From Nemertoderma westbladi (Eukaryota; Animalia; Xenacoelomorpha), in NCBI GenBank assembly GCA_032718475.1, contig JAUCBJ010001865.1:17697-81696 (forward strand): a stretch of 64,000 nucleotides of DNA, read 5' to 3'. Positions 12,551 to 25,000 of the stretch are shown here, in pieces. The stretch's first letter is position 1. Every line of letters starts with the position of its first letter. The translations under genes were made by a program, and so were the position numbers. The notes under the pieces are model-generated. The model was not told the DNA's origin. It did no database searches and saw only the letters and a program-made list of their open reading frames with translations.

Positions 12551-12707
12551 CTGCATGAACCATTCTGTATCGTGCAACCACCAGAACCCGTATCTGAAGG
12601 GGGTTTACAACACTTGTCTCCGCTCGCTTCACACATCTCTTTCGTGCCACAATCACATTCTTCTCCTTGCTCCACAATTTCGTTACCACAAATTGGTTTT
12701 CCAGATT
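12551..12707 (-). CDS. ADAM10: ADAM10-like exon F (disintegrin N-terminal part)
   Basis: atttag|AA TCT...TGC AG|gtagga; (E)[33 protein letters not shown]..., compare ADAM10 [21 protein letters not shown]; phase 1->2. Confidence 0.92.
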
Positions 12708-12815
12708 CTAAATAATAGTTTAAAATTATAAGAGAACAAGACCGGGGAAGAAAATATAACTAATTTAAGGAAATCATTAACTAGTAGGTAGCACCAGGTG
12801 ACACATTGCCGCCAC

Positions 12816-13447
12816 AACATACAGCTTGGAAACAGGAACCTTTGCCGCTATCCAGTACAGCAGTGATGTTGCTTATGCTGCACTCTGAGAAAACATATCT
12901 TGGAAACAGGAGCCTTTGCCGCTAACAGCAGTAATGTTGCTTATGCTGCACTCTGAGACAACATACCTTGGAAACAGGAACCTTTGCCGCTCTCCAGTAC
13001 AGCAGTGATGTTGCTTATGCTGCACTCTGAAAAAACATACCTTGGAAACAGGAGCCTTTGCCGCTAACAGCAGTAATGTTGCTTATGCTGCACTCTGAGA
13101 CAACATATCTTGGAAACAGGAGCCTTTGCCGCTAACAGCAGTAATGTTGCTTATGCTGCACTCTGAGACAACATACCTTGGAAACAGGAACCTTTGCCGC
13201 TCTCCAGTACAGCAGTGATGTTGCTTATGCTGCACTCTGAAAAAACATACCTTGGAAACAGGAGCCTTTGCCGCTAACAGCAGTAATGTTGCTTATGCTG
13301 CACTCTGAGACAACATACCTTGGAAACAGGAGCCTTTGCCGCTATCCAGGAGCTTATGCTGCACTCTGAGAACACATACCTTGGAAACAGGAGCCTTTGC
13401 CGCTATCCAGTACAGCAGTGATGTTGCTTATGCTGCACTCTGAGACA
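12816..13447 (-). repeat. 61-76-bp tandem array made of exon E 3' end plus donor site (9 extra copies)
   Basis: Units ACATACCTTGGAAACAGGAACCTTTGCCGC..GCTGCACTCTGAG repeat the last ~65 exon nt and the GTATGT donor. Confidence 0.9.
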
Positions 13448-13453
13448 ACATAC

Positions 13454-13616
13454 CTTGGAAACAGGAACCTTTGCCGCTATCCAGTACAGCAGTGATGTTG
13501 CTTATGCTGCACTCTGAGAACACATTGTTATTTGGTTTCACGCCGCTCGTCGATTGGGGAAACATTATGAAATTGCCGTCCGGGCCACCAGGTTGGCATT
13601 TAGATGGGAAATCGTG
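13454..13616 (-). CDS. ADAM10: ADAM10-like exon E (third Zn-ligand His and Met-turn)
   Basis: gcag|CAC GAT...CAA G|gtatgt; HDFPSKCQPGGPDGNFIMFPQSTSGVKPNNNVFSECSISNITAVLDSGKGSCFQ, compare ADAM10 [24 protein letters not shown]. Confidence 0.92.
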
Positions 13617-14816
13617 CTGCGATAGCAAAAAAATAAAATTTAATAAAACACTACATAATTTCCAATTCGCTGCCGATTATTTTACAGGTGGATAAATTTA
13701 ATGGGAGTATGGGCTACCTACGCTAGTAATAAGATAGTACTACTAGTAGTACTTAATACTACATATATTTAAGGTAACTCACTAGACCCTTTTATACTGC
13801 GCATTGGGCGTAGTAAATTCTAAACTAAATTGTCAATTCAGGGAAAGTGGCAGGTTACTGTGGCACGTTATTCTAACAAAAACAATAAACTGAAGGCAAT
13901 AGAACAGGTTAGAGTTTTATTTTTGAGAGTAATCGGTTCTAATTTGTGTCGCTTTTCCCCTAGAGGGAGATTAATTTTGATTGCGTCGAAAGGCCCCCCC
14001 TGTCTTATTTTGTACCAAAATTAATAGGTAATAAATTTTTTGATAGTATAATACCTGAGCACATCAATACCCATTACTCAGTTTTAAAGAATCTTCACCC
14101 ATACAACTAATTTTTAATTAGAAAGATATACATAAGGCAGATTCCCGAAACAGAGATAAAGTGACAGTTACAAGCTGTCTGCATCGAATAGTAGAGGACT
14201 TCTTCAGGTACGTATATATATATTACAGTATTTACCGAAACGACAGTAGCATGACAGGCAGACTAATTAGATCCAAAAAAATTAATAAAAAGCTCAAAGT
14301 AAGGTGTAGGACAAAAATTAAACCATTAAATATAATTACAGGCCCTCAACACACCACCCTTGAGTGGACTGTGGACATCTTGGTGAAGAAAAATTAACGC
14401 GAGTTCTGTTTGCATATTTGAGTAAGGTTTGGGGCCCATTGTCATAAAAATAAAAAACGAAAATATTTTGTGGACCCCTTTTAAAATAATTAAATAAAAA
14501 AAATAAAATAATTAAATTATTAACTAATATTAATCAAATATTAATTCCATTAATGATAAATGAAAGTACTTATTACTTATTCTGTTACGTTTGTAATGTT
14601 CCCTAGAGTGGAAAAAATGTTTGACAAGAATAATTGGAGGCGCCCATTTGTAATTAATTAATAACTAAATAATTAAATAATATTAATAATATTACTTCCA
14701 TTTAAACTTAATTAACATTGAAAATACATAAAGCCCAATGTGTCAATGTTGCTGCATTTGCTGCATCTTAAACATTGAATGAAAAACACGTTTTTGTCAA
14801 CCTGTAATAATATGCA

Positions 14817-16083
14817 AACCCAAACAACGCCCTGGCTCCTAAACCAAACAACGCCCTGGCTCCTAAACCAAACAACGCCCTGGCTCCTAAACCAAACAAC
14901 GCCCTGGCTCCTAAACCAAACCACGCCCTGGCTCCTAAACCAAACCACGCCCTGGCTCCTAAACCAAACAACACCCTGGCTCCTAAATCAAACAACGCCC
15001 TGGCTCCTAAACCAAACAACGCCCTGGCTCCTAAACCAAACAACACCCTGGCTCCTAAACCAAACAACGCCCTGGCTCCTAAACCAAACAACGCCCTGGC
15101 TCCTAAACCAAACAACGCCCTGGCTCCTAAACCAAACAACGCCCTGGCTCCTAAACCAAACAACGCCCTGGCTCCTAAACCAAACAACGCCCTGGCTCCT
15201 AAACCAAACAACGCCCTGGCTCCTAAACCAAACAACGCCCTGGCTCCTAAACCAAACAACACCCTGGCTCCTAAACCAAACAACGCCCTGGCTCCTAAAC
15301 CAAACAACGCCCTGGCTCCTAAACCAAACAACGCCCTGGCTCCTAAACCAAACAACGCCCTGGCTCCTAAACCAAACAACGCCCTGGCTCCTAAACCAAA
15401 CAACGCCCTGGCTCCTAAACCAAACAACGCCCTGGCTCATAAACCAAACAACGCCCTGGCTCCTAAACCAAACAACGCCCTGGCTCCTAAACCAAACAAC
15501 ACCCTGGCTCCTAAATCAAACAACGCCCTGGCTCCTAAACCAAACAACGCCCTGGCTTCTAAACCAAACAACACCCTGGCTCCTAAACCAAACAACGCCC
15601 TGGCTCCTAAACCAAACAACACCCTGGCTCCTAAACCAAACAACGCCCTGGCTCCTAAACCAAACAACGCCATGGCTCCTAAACCAAACAACACCCTGGC
15701 TCCTAAACCAAACAACGCCCTGGCTCCTAAACCAAACAACGCCCTGGCTCCTAAACCAAACAACGCCCTGGCTCCTAAACCAAACAACACCCTGGCTCCT
15801 AAACCAAACAACGCCCTGGCTCCTAAACCAAACAACGCCCTGGCTCCTAAACCAAACAACGCCCTGGCTCCTAAACCAAACAACGCCCTGGCTCCTAAAC
15901 CAAACAACGCCCTGGCTCCTAAACCAAACAACGCCCTGGCTCCTAAACCAAACAACGCCCTGGCTCCTAAACCAAACAACGCCCTGGCTCCTAAACCAAA
16001 CAACGCCCTGGCTCCTAAACCAAACAACACCCTGGCTCCTAAACCAAACAACGCCTTGGCTCCTAAACCAAACAACACCCAAC
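14817..16083. repeat. 24-bp minisatellite (~53 copies)
   Basis: AACCAAACAACGCCCTGGCTCCTA repeated near-perfectly. Confidence 0.97.
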
Positions 16084-16407
16084 CTTCTAACCAAAACAAT
16101 TCAATTCAATTCAATTATGATATTATTTATTATATATATTTATTATTTATAATTTGTATTATTTATTATAATACTACAGACTCAGTCAGTCAGTATCAGT
16201 ATACTCGTTATTAATATATATTTCAAAAATTGTAATTATACTTTAAATTCATTAATAATAATTCGTTTTAAAAAAATGACAGAAAGGTTTTAAAATCATT
16301 TACAAATATTGTTGACCCTGACCCACCCCCAAATAGTGGCAATACGCAAAGGTTTCGCCTACTACCTGGCTAGCCCCACGTTTGAAACATCGGATCTAAT
16401 TTTGCTT

Positions 16408-16915
16408 GCATTGGAACTAAATTCGTATCCATTGGAACTAAATTCGCATCCATTGGAACTAAGTTCGCATCCATTGGAACTAAGTTCGCATCCATTGGAA
16501 CTAAGTTCGCATCCATTGGAACTAAGTTCGCATCCATTGGAACTAAATTCGCATTCATTGGAACTAAGTTCGTTTTGATATTCTGGGATTGGAACTAAGT
16601 TCGTTTTGATATTCTGGGATTGGAACTAAGTTCGTTTTGATATTCTGGGATTGGAACTAAGTTCGTTTTGATATTCTGGGATTGGAACTAAGTTCGTTTT
16701 GATATTCTGGGATTGGAACTAAGTTCGCCCCGATTGGAACTAAGTTCGCTTTATAAAATTTATTTTGGAACTAAATTCTTTTCAATTGGAATTAAGTTCG
16801 CATTTGAAAATGTGCGATTGGAACTAAGTTCGTGCTACCCATTGGAACTAAGTTCGTTTTGATATTCTGGGATTGGAACTAAGTTCGCCTCGATTGGAAC
16901 TAAATTCGTGCTACC
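16408..16915. repeat. 21/31-bp minisatellite (ATTGGAACTAAGTTCG core)
   Basis: CATTGGAACTAAGTTCGCATC units followed by 31-bp units ending TTTTGATATTCTGGG. Confidence 0.9.
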
Positions 16916-17224
16916 TATATCAATTTGGTGTTATGGCCAGCTCTAGTTTAACCAGGGCAAGTCTATATACAAGCATAATAATATTATATAAAGCAAAAAA
17001 GTTGGCCAGAATGTAATTATGCTAAGTAATATAATTCAATATTATATATACATTATTATTATTACTATTACGTTTTTCATTAATTTAATTAAATTTTTCT
17101 ATAGAATTATATTCCCTAAATGCCGTGGATTTTCAAAATTTTATTTTATTCGAATTAACTTGTTAAAAGATTACTTTGAGTCCTCATTTGTATTGCTATT
17201 TCTATTTGTACGCCTATTATTCAA

Positions 17225-17313
17225 GTGGTTCAGTAGCTCAGTCGGTAGAGCGTTGGAAATTATATATGTAGTAGGTATTGAGTTCGAATCCTAGTAAGTG
17301 CGAATTATTTTTT
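17225..17313 (+). promoter_or_regulatory. tRNA-like Pol III cassette inside the LTR (also at ~33978-34066)
   Basis: A box TAGCTCAGTCGGTAGAGCG, B box GAGTTCGAATCC, T6 run at ~17308-17313. Confidence 0.6.
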
Positions 17314-17520
17314 GTGCAGAATTTCAACTCATTTAAATTGACCGCTACAAATTAAATTGCATTTGTCTGTACCTAGATTAGCCAATGAGACTGTAGTTAT
17401 TAGATTGTAACCAATGTCGTGCAAATTATATATTAGCTGGACCAATAGCTATCTTTAAAAACCTGTTAGAACCTATAGAACAATCGAGAATTTTCTCGAT
17501 TGATTGCGGCACAAATTTGG

Positions 17521-17648
17521 TATATGAAGGTGCGATTTGTTCATTAGTTATCTAATCAATCACTCACTTATCTTCACTCTCTCTTAACTACTTCTATTCA
17601 GAATACATTGTTTATTGTATTATAGTTATTGTTTGATTTTGTAATAAA
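17521..17648 (+). promoter_or_regulatory. Putative LTR TATA/Inr and poly(A) signal
   Basis: TATATGAAG (TATATAAAG in the 3' LTR) ~25 nt before TTAGTT; AATAAA at 17643-17648; a second TATAAA/TTAGTC pair lies at ~18756-18795. Confidence 0.4.
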
Positions 17649-19830
17649 AGTTAGAAATACTTGTCACATCAGCCTTTTCTATCTGTTTTACCATGATTCA
17701 CTACGGTGAACACTCTTAGGAACAGGATGGCCGGATAGAGATCGGGCCGCAGCAATGAACGGGAACATCAAGGGAATGTAGACAGGAGACAACCCGCAAT
17801 ACCACCTTAGTTATTCGCCCATCGCCTGAAAGGTTAGACAGCGTTCGACGCCTTGCTACCTAAGCGTAAGACCAAAGATCAAAGGTAGAAGTAGTGACAC
17901 GCTGTAAGCCTAAAATTACATCTTAGGGACTGTACTGTCTTAATTCAGGAAAAAACCACAGTAGACCTTCACATTCCTACGGGGGGGGGGGGGGGGAGAG
18001 CGCAGGCAGAGATACTAGTACGCAGATAGGACGTAGGCACACCGGTACGAAGCATACACATTGGTAGGGTGCAGCAAACTGTACGCCTAACTCTTGCTAA
18101 GTGCAGGTGCGTCTGTGACTATTTGTAGTACAACGGTGTCCATTGCATTAGAACTTGTAGGCTAGGAGGGTTGCTGTGTTTCACCTGAATTAGGATTGTA
18201 CCGTTCAGGCGGTAGGGCAGTTTACGACTAGGCGCAAATAAATCGAGGCTATTAGGGATATACTAACATCTACCGTGTCCCCGCCAACGTCCTGATAGGA
18301 AGTTACCCAGCCTACCTAGGTGACTAAAATTCTAGATAGGACGCCAGGATAGCTATTAGTAACAGTACGCCTACTGTAGTAAACTAACACATTTCTTCTT
18401 AGTATTAGGGACCTGGTAAATTAAAAATTGCCGAATTCTGGGCGTAGCATTAACCTTATGCCTGAATTTGAGTCCTGGAAATACGCAAGAGGGGAAGGAA
18501 CCTTATTATTCGTGAGTATTGGACCTACAAGTTGCAAAATTAGAATATTCGTAAAATGCACACCGTACCCAGTAATTATATATGTGAAGGAGCAAAACTG
18601 CTTTGACTGTTCAGAATTAACACACGCGCGTTAGAAATTATTTACACCTCAAAATATATAAAAATTAACTTTCGTCCTTACTGTGCTTTGCCCGCTAGTT
18701 AGACATCTCCAAATCTCTGCCTCTGTACCTAGCTAGCGTCCCTTTTGCCCAACCATATAAATCACACCGCGGCAAAGTATACGAGCCCTTTAGTCCGTCA
18801 GTGAGTCAGCCTGATTTTAGGATTCGCTGCGCGGGATTTTGTTTTATCGAAGTTTGTCTGCTCATAGACTGTTTTCTGCCTCACCGGTTATAAGAGATCG
18901 ATACTGCAATATATTCGCTTACTTAGAGTTTACTGTTTTGGTGAGAAGGTCGGATTTATGATTTGATTCACAAACTTTACAGTAGGATATTGCAGGTATT
19001 GTTACCGTCTCTTCGAATAGTAGGAATGTGTTTTACTGAACTACGGTTCGGTAGGACTAAAGTTATTTGAAAATTTTGTATTTTGAGGTAAAAGTTTATA
19101 TTTGATTAGCTAAGTGCTAATTTTTTGAAATAAAATTTGATTTGAACCGCGTGTAAAATATTTTTGGAATTGAATACCGGTGTTTAAAAGGGTTTAAATA
19201 CCATATTGTACCGGTACAAAATTTTCGTAAAAGTAAAACCTAACTCTTTTGTTTTTCAGGATTCAGAACTCATTTCTAGACTGTAACGGGAGCAAGACCG
19301 TGTTTAGCAAGTTTGGGAGATAGATAACCCAACAACTTTGGTTGGGAAAATCGCGCTTCGTCCGCAACGCTGAAAACGGAAAGGTTCACGTCCGGTTTGT
19401 ATCTGGGAATCTGTTTTTCTGGAGAATTATTGGAGTGGGTGAGTTTGAAAAGTTGCATAAATAAGTTAGGCATTACCGTATTAGTTAAAATTATTGTGGG
19501 TTCCACTGTCTCAAGTATTTATGCATTCCGTACGATTTCTTTGTTCATTGCTGAATTAGTCCGTATTATTGTATTTAATTTACCTTTTGATAACGCATAT
19601 CGTTATCCGATTTATTTGTTATAAAATTGGCCGCTAGGCTAATTTTATTATATACTTATTCCGTGACATTTATTTGCTGTAAAATTGGCCGCATAGGCTA
19701 ATTTTATCCATCTGCTATAAAATCGGCCGGTAGGCTAATTTTATATGACTGTAATTAGTACCGTTTAGATATAAATACGGTAAACTTGATACTTTGACAC
19801 TCACATTTTACTTGACTTACAACTACCGAA

Positions 19831-21282
19831 ATGAGTGACAAACAAGACTATACGAAAAATACACAAACCGACTATGACTCATGTGACAGAGATAAGTCAG
19901 CAGCGGAAGAACAACAGGGGAAGACTCGCGAGCCTACCGAACCTACACCGTGTGCGTCACCAGTACATCCAACGGGAGTACCGGATGCCGTAGTACGAGG
20001 CAACGGCAGGACCGAGGACTTTCTAACTGTTCCGCAACCTAGATACAGGGAAACGGAGATGGTAAGTTCAGTAGGAAGCCAGGAGAGTGTGGTTAGAAGC
20101 GTCGGCGGATACATGGCGCATATTACCAGGAGTATTGGAGAAGGCCAACGCATATTAGACGAGTTGACCGCTCCGATGTCTCGGTTTGAGTTCTACACCC
20201 TCCAGGTTAGAGTACAAAGTAGAGTACATAAGTCCGTAGATAACCTAATTGGTCTACAAGATCTAGCTAGACAGAGACAGGACATGGATACTCAACTTAG
20301 AATCCTCGAGAAACTAATGATCGCTAGAGAGAAACTGATTCAGTTTAAGTCGACGATTAGGCAGATACAACAGGAACAAGCGGACCAGTTGTTAGGTGAG
20401 TCAGTTTCGGACGAATTATTGCAGCCCGAGGAAGAACAGGAACTGTACCGACTAGATGGACAATTAAAACACCTGACGGACCACTTACGTATGTGCGGCG
20501 AGGATGTCGGAGATTGGGAAACCGTGCCGGAGGCTACGAGGGAAACTTCACTCGCACAAATCGAATCGGCACCGGGAATACTAAATCAACCATTGGTAAG
20601 TATTCGTAGCGAAATCTGCGAGGGAAGTATGGTCACGTCAGAAGTTGCTCGACAACAACAAGAATTCTACCGACAACGACGAGAAATGGAGGAACAAGCT
20701 CAACTTCTAGTGATGCAGGCAGCAGTAGAGGAAGAGAAGCTACGCGTTGCGAATGTAGCGAGAATCTCTCATCTACAGGAACAAGCTGAATTAGAAGCAG
20801 CTGAAGTAGAAAGGTTAGAGGTAGACATTGCCCAACAAACGGCAGCGGTTGATTTAGCGCGACGAAACGCAGCGGCCGAGTTAGAGCGACAAACGGCAGC
20901 GGCGGAATTAGAGCGACAAACGGCAGCGGCGGAATTAGAGCGAGAAAGGTTAGTTTCGGAAGCACGGGCCGAAATGAAAACACGGCAAATAAAAGCTCAA
21001 TCCGCTATACGACAAGTGGAGTTTGAGGCGCAACGACAACAAACGGAACAACGAGAGAAGACAGCTAAACTTCATTTCGAACTCGAGAAGAAGGCGAGAG
21101 AATTAGCCGAAGCCAAGGAAAATCTGGATCTTCTAGCCCGCGATAGATCGATGAGATCTCGTGACGGACATGATTTGGACCAGTTAGAGGTAAGACATCG
21201 CCAAATTCAGGAACGGAAGAAGGAAGGAAGCGTAGGAGCACCCGGACGGGAACGACAATTAGTAAAAGACTTGTGTCAATGA
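19831..21282 (+). CDS. BEL/Pao gag N-terminal region (coiled-coil rich)
   Basis: 483-aa ORF from ATG, E/Q/R/A-rich heptads, directly upstream of the gag core; not in frame with downstream ORFs. Confidence 0.65.
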   Translation: MSDKQDYTKNTQTDYDSCDRDKSAAEEQQGKTREPTEPTPCASPVHPTGVPDAVVRGNGRTEDFLTVPQPRYRETEMVSSVGSQESVVRSVGGYMAHITRSIGEGQRILDELTAPMSRFEFYTLQVRVQSRVHKSVDNLIGLQDLARQRQDMDTQLRILEKLMIAREKLIQFKSTIRQIQQEQADQLLGESVSDELLQPEEEQELYRLDGQLKHLTDHLRMCGEDVGDWETVPEATRETSLAQIESAPGILNQPLVSIRSEICEGSMVTSEVARQQQEFYRQRREMEEQAQLLVMQAAVEEEKLRVANVARISHLQEQAELEAAEVERLEVDIAQQTAAVDLARRNAAAELERQTAAAELERQTAAAELERERLVSEARAEMKTRQIKAQSAIRQVEFEAQRQQTEQREKTAKLHFELEKKARELAEAKENLDLLARDRSMRSRDGHDLDQLEVRHRQIQERKKEGSVGAPGRERQLVKDLCQ

Positions 21283-21920
21283 TTCCACAAGTAACTCCTA
21301 TGTTTGCACCAATTATGACTAAGAAACCTGTTTCGATTGCGGGTAGTAGTGATATTTCTCCTATCCATGGTGCGACGGAACACAGGTTGGTTATTCCGGA
21401 CAAATTCATACCGTCAAGAGCAACGTCGTCGCCTATTTTGAAAGTCAAGGTAAGTAACCCACCGATTACAGATCGTAGTAGTTTGTTGACTGGACCTGCA
21501 CTACTGACGACAAAACAGGTGAGTCCACCTTTGACACCTAAACCGGTTACGCACTACGAATACCCAATGACGTTTCGACCTACAAGGCCAGTTCAGTTTA
21601 CATCGCAATCTACGACTTCGAGGAAGACTTGTGAGCCTACCGAACAACGGAGACCAGTGGATACGCGACCGTTCAACCAGTTTACATCGCAATCTACGAC
21701 TTCGAGGAAGACTTGTGAGCCTACCGAACAACGGAGACCAGTGGACGATGTTCCGAAACAAACATTAGAATTCATACGACGCAACGGACGCGAGCACTTC
21801 GACCACCATATCCAGATGATAGTAGTACTTCGAGCGAATCGGATTACCCGAAACGCGAGGTATTTAGAACAGGGGCGGCCGATGAATATAAACGCGAGCG
21901 TTCAGACAACTCCTTTGTAG
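21273..21920 (+). CDS. P/T/S-rich gag linker segment (frameshifted relative to neighbours)
   Basis: Overlaps both flanking frames; contains an 84-bp-period direct duplication (21594-21745). Confidence 0.45.
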   Translation: MSMIPQVTPMFAPIMTKKPVSIAGSSDISPIHGATEHRLVIPDKFIPSRATSSPILKVKVSNPPITDRSSLLTGPALLTTKQVSPPLTPKPVTHYEYPMTFRPTRPVQFTSQSTTSRKTCEPTEQRRPVDTRPFNQFTSQSTTSRKTCEPTEQRRPVDDVPKQTLEFIRRNGREHFDHHIQMIVVLRANRITRNARYLEQGRPMNINASVQTTPL

Positions 21921-22021
21921 ACAATCCTCCACAGAATACACCAACACAGAAGGCGTTACAACCAACGGACGCAATCAGTACACAACAGTTCGCCGACATC
22001 CTGCGACCAGTTGTTAACAAG

Positions 22022-25000
22022 TTGGCTCAGATCGAGGAGCGTCTGGAGGAAGTTCAAACCGATAGTTCGAGGAACACTGAATTCGAACACAATAGACACC
22101 CGAAGGAACCACAAAGACCGGTACCTTCAAAACACACATCGTATCAGGGAAAAGCGCCAAGAAGGGAGAACATCAACCAGATTACCAACCAAGGACGCGA
22201 AACTCTGAACGTTGCCGAGGAGATAGCGAAATTCGCAGCTAGACAAGGACTACCGGTGCAACAACCACCTAAGTTTTCCGGTAGCTCAAAACACTGGCAC
22301 ACTTTCGTAGACTATATCGAATCTCAGATCGCCGTGTGCGCTTTTACATCACGGGAGAAGTTTAATTACCTGCTTCAAACATTGTCGGGAGAACCTAAAC
22401 GTTTGGCGGAGACCTTCGTTGGTGTACCGGACGCCTTCGAACTAGCGTACGATCGTTTAACTTCGATCTACGGAGGTACAGTCAGCATGGCCAGGTCAGT
22501 GATAGAGGAACTCTGTAAGGGAGGGGCTATTACTAAACCCGTCGACTTATTGAAACTGGCTGACGAAATAAAGAACGCTATCACTACTTTGAGATCCATT
22601 GGACAACTTGACTACGGGAATACCCCTACAGTCCTATTAAAGATCATAGGACGACTCCACCATCGACTTCGTCGGGAGTGGAGGAAGATTGAATACCAGC
22701 GGGAAGAGCGGGGTGGATTCTTAAAACTGGAAGATGTGTACCTTTTGATATCCAGGGAAGCAGTGGTAGAAACTCGATCCAACTACACTGACCAGCACAT
22801 CGTAGCAGAAGGAATCACCTTGCCATCCTCAAACCGACAAAAACCCCAGACAACATCCACCAAGACGGCCACTTACGCCACATCGACGGAATCACGACAA
22901 TTCTCGGACGGTAGTAGGGTATCTGCGCCCATTGGGATAAAACAGACTAGACAGCAACTCAGTGCAGACTTCAGCGGCTGCCAATACTGCGAGCATTTAG
23001 GCAAGCGGTATATCGGTCACAAGTTGAGAGGTTGTCGACAGTTTCGCGAGTTAAACTCGGAAGAACGACGGCTGCAGATACGGCCATTGGACTCTTGTTG
23101 GCGGTGTACGCGACACGGACACGTCCGCAAAGATTGCCCAAATACCGACACTTGTCCATCCTGTGGACGCAACCATGACGGTCTGCTCCACACAGACAGC
23201 CACACGCCGACAAAACGCTTCGCCAGGGAACACCCGGAAGCAGCAGCGAAATGTAATACGGCCTACAAGAATCAAGAATCGAAAACGACTCCAACTTTCG
23301 TGACACATATTAAGGATTGCTTCTCAGAACAATCCGGATCGTCGGACGAAGAGTCAGAAGACGACGACGTATATTCCGATGGAGACGAACAACCATCGAT
23401 CGCGCTTCTGACGACTGACCAACTAAAGGGATTCAGCGTAATTCCGATTAAGATTACTGGCACAAAAGGGAGCAAGAGAATCTACGCTATCCTGGATTCA
23501 GCCTCATCTCACAGCTACGTGGATGAGCAGATAGCTGATGTAGTGACGGATCTCAGACAAGGTAAGCGCGTCAGTTACACCGTAAGTAGTATGCACGGAC
23601 AACGTGCAATACCAGTGACACGAGTTAAGTTGGACTTAGACACTCTTCTTCCAAAATCGCAACACAGCGAAAAGGAGAGGTCTTTGTTACCCTTTAAGGA
23701 TTTGACTTTTGCGGCCACCAAGGACTTTAGTAACCTACTAGGTCCTGTCCCAGAACAATCCTTGGAGGACCGTAAGTATTTCAGACACCTTGGTGTACCT
23801 GAATGTCCTGTCAATTATAGATCGGTAGCCATGCTGATCGGGACAGACCAATTCAACCTACATCAAGTGTGGGAAACCAGACCATCGGCAGTCGTAGCGG
23901 GAAACGCATACGCCTGTAGAACGCCGATAGGGTGGTATACTCGAGCGCCTGTGCGCACACTGGACATAAGTGACGAGGAAGACGATGTACAAAGTACATG
24001 TAGTTTATTAACTACAAATTCAATTCATTCCTTTTCACACGACGTGGACCATACTACCTTACATACAAAACATGACAGACGTGTAACTAGTATGATAAGT
24101 CACAAGGAGCAGCTAATCCACCAGGTGAGTTTAGAACTTGGGGAGAAGACGAGTCAGCCAGAGATTCCATCGACGACAGATGATAACGCCGGAAGGCTTG
24201 CGAGTCTACCTACACCAATAACCTCAACAATGCCCGTCGATATCGATGATGACGCGTTGAGAAATCATCAAGTGGAACAAGCTGTATTGGACAAAGAATT
24301 AACGGAGAAGACTATCAGGTGGTTAGAACAAGATACAGCTGAACCTGGTAGCTACGAACCATGTATGTCGGAACAGGAGAAACAATCTTTGAAGATCATG
24401 GAAGATACTATCCGCCAGACGAAAGACGGACATTATGAGGTAGGGATGTTATGGCGTAGCCAAAGTCCTAAACTCATAAATAACTATCCACTAGCTTTAA
24501 GACGTTTACACTCGATACGACAACGTCTATTAAAGGACGAGAAAGCCCATCTGCAGTATAACACTCAGATGGAGACGTATTTGTCCAAGGGATACGCTAT
24601 CCGAATGACTAACCCAGAGATAGTAACTGACCAGACATACTACTTGCCACATCATTTCGTGAGACACCCCGACAAACCAGACAAAGTACGTGTAGTCAAT
24701 GACTATGCGGCTCTGTTTGAGGGAATGTCCCTCAATAGCGAGTTGATGGATGGACCAAACATGAATAATTATCTTATGGGGGTGATTATGCGCTTCCGTC
24801 AGCGTCAAGTAGCCTTTACTTGCGACGTCGAAGCTATGTTTCACCAAGTGAGAGCGTTAGAGCAAGACAGAGACAGTTTGAGGTTCCTCTGGTATCCGGA
24901 AGGAGACTTAAGTCTACCACCGGCGACTTACCAAATGCAAGTTCGCGTTTTCGGTGCCAGAGACAGCCCAAACTGTACAATGTATGCCCTAAAGCAAGCC

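Larger units (their letters stand above)
17100..19019 (+). repeat. 5' LTR (1920 bp)
   Basis: Direct repeat of 33853-35778; starts TATAGAATT, ends TTCGAATA; about 5 substitutions and a poly-G length difference (16 vs 22) seen. Confidence 0.95.

Noticed and set aside
14712-16214. Overlapping repetitive ORFs on both strands
   Set aside because: Translation of a 24-bp minisatellite; no link to an exon junction seen
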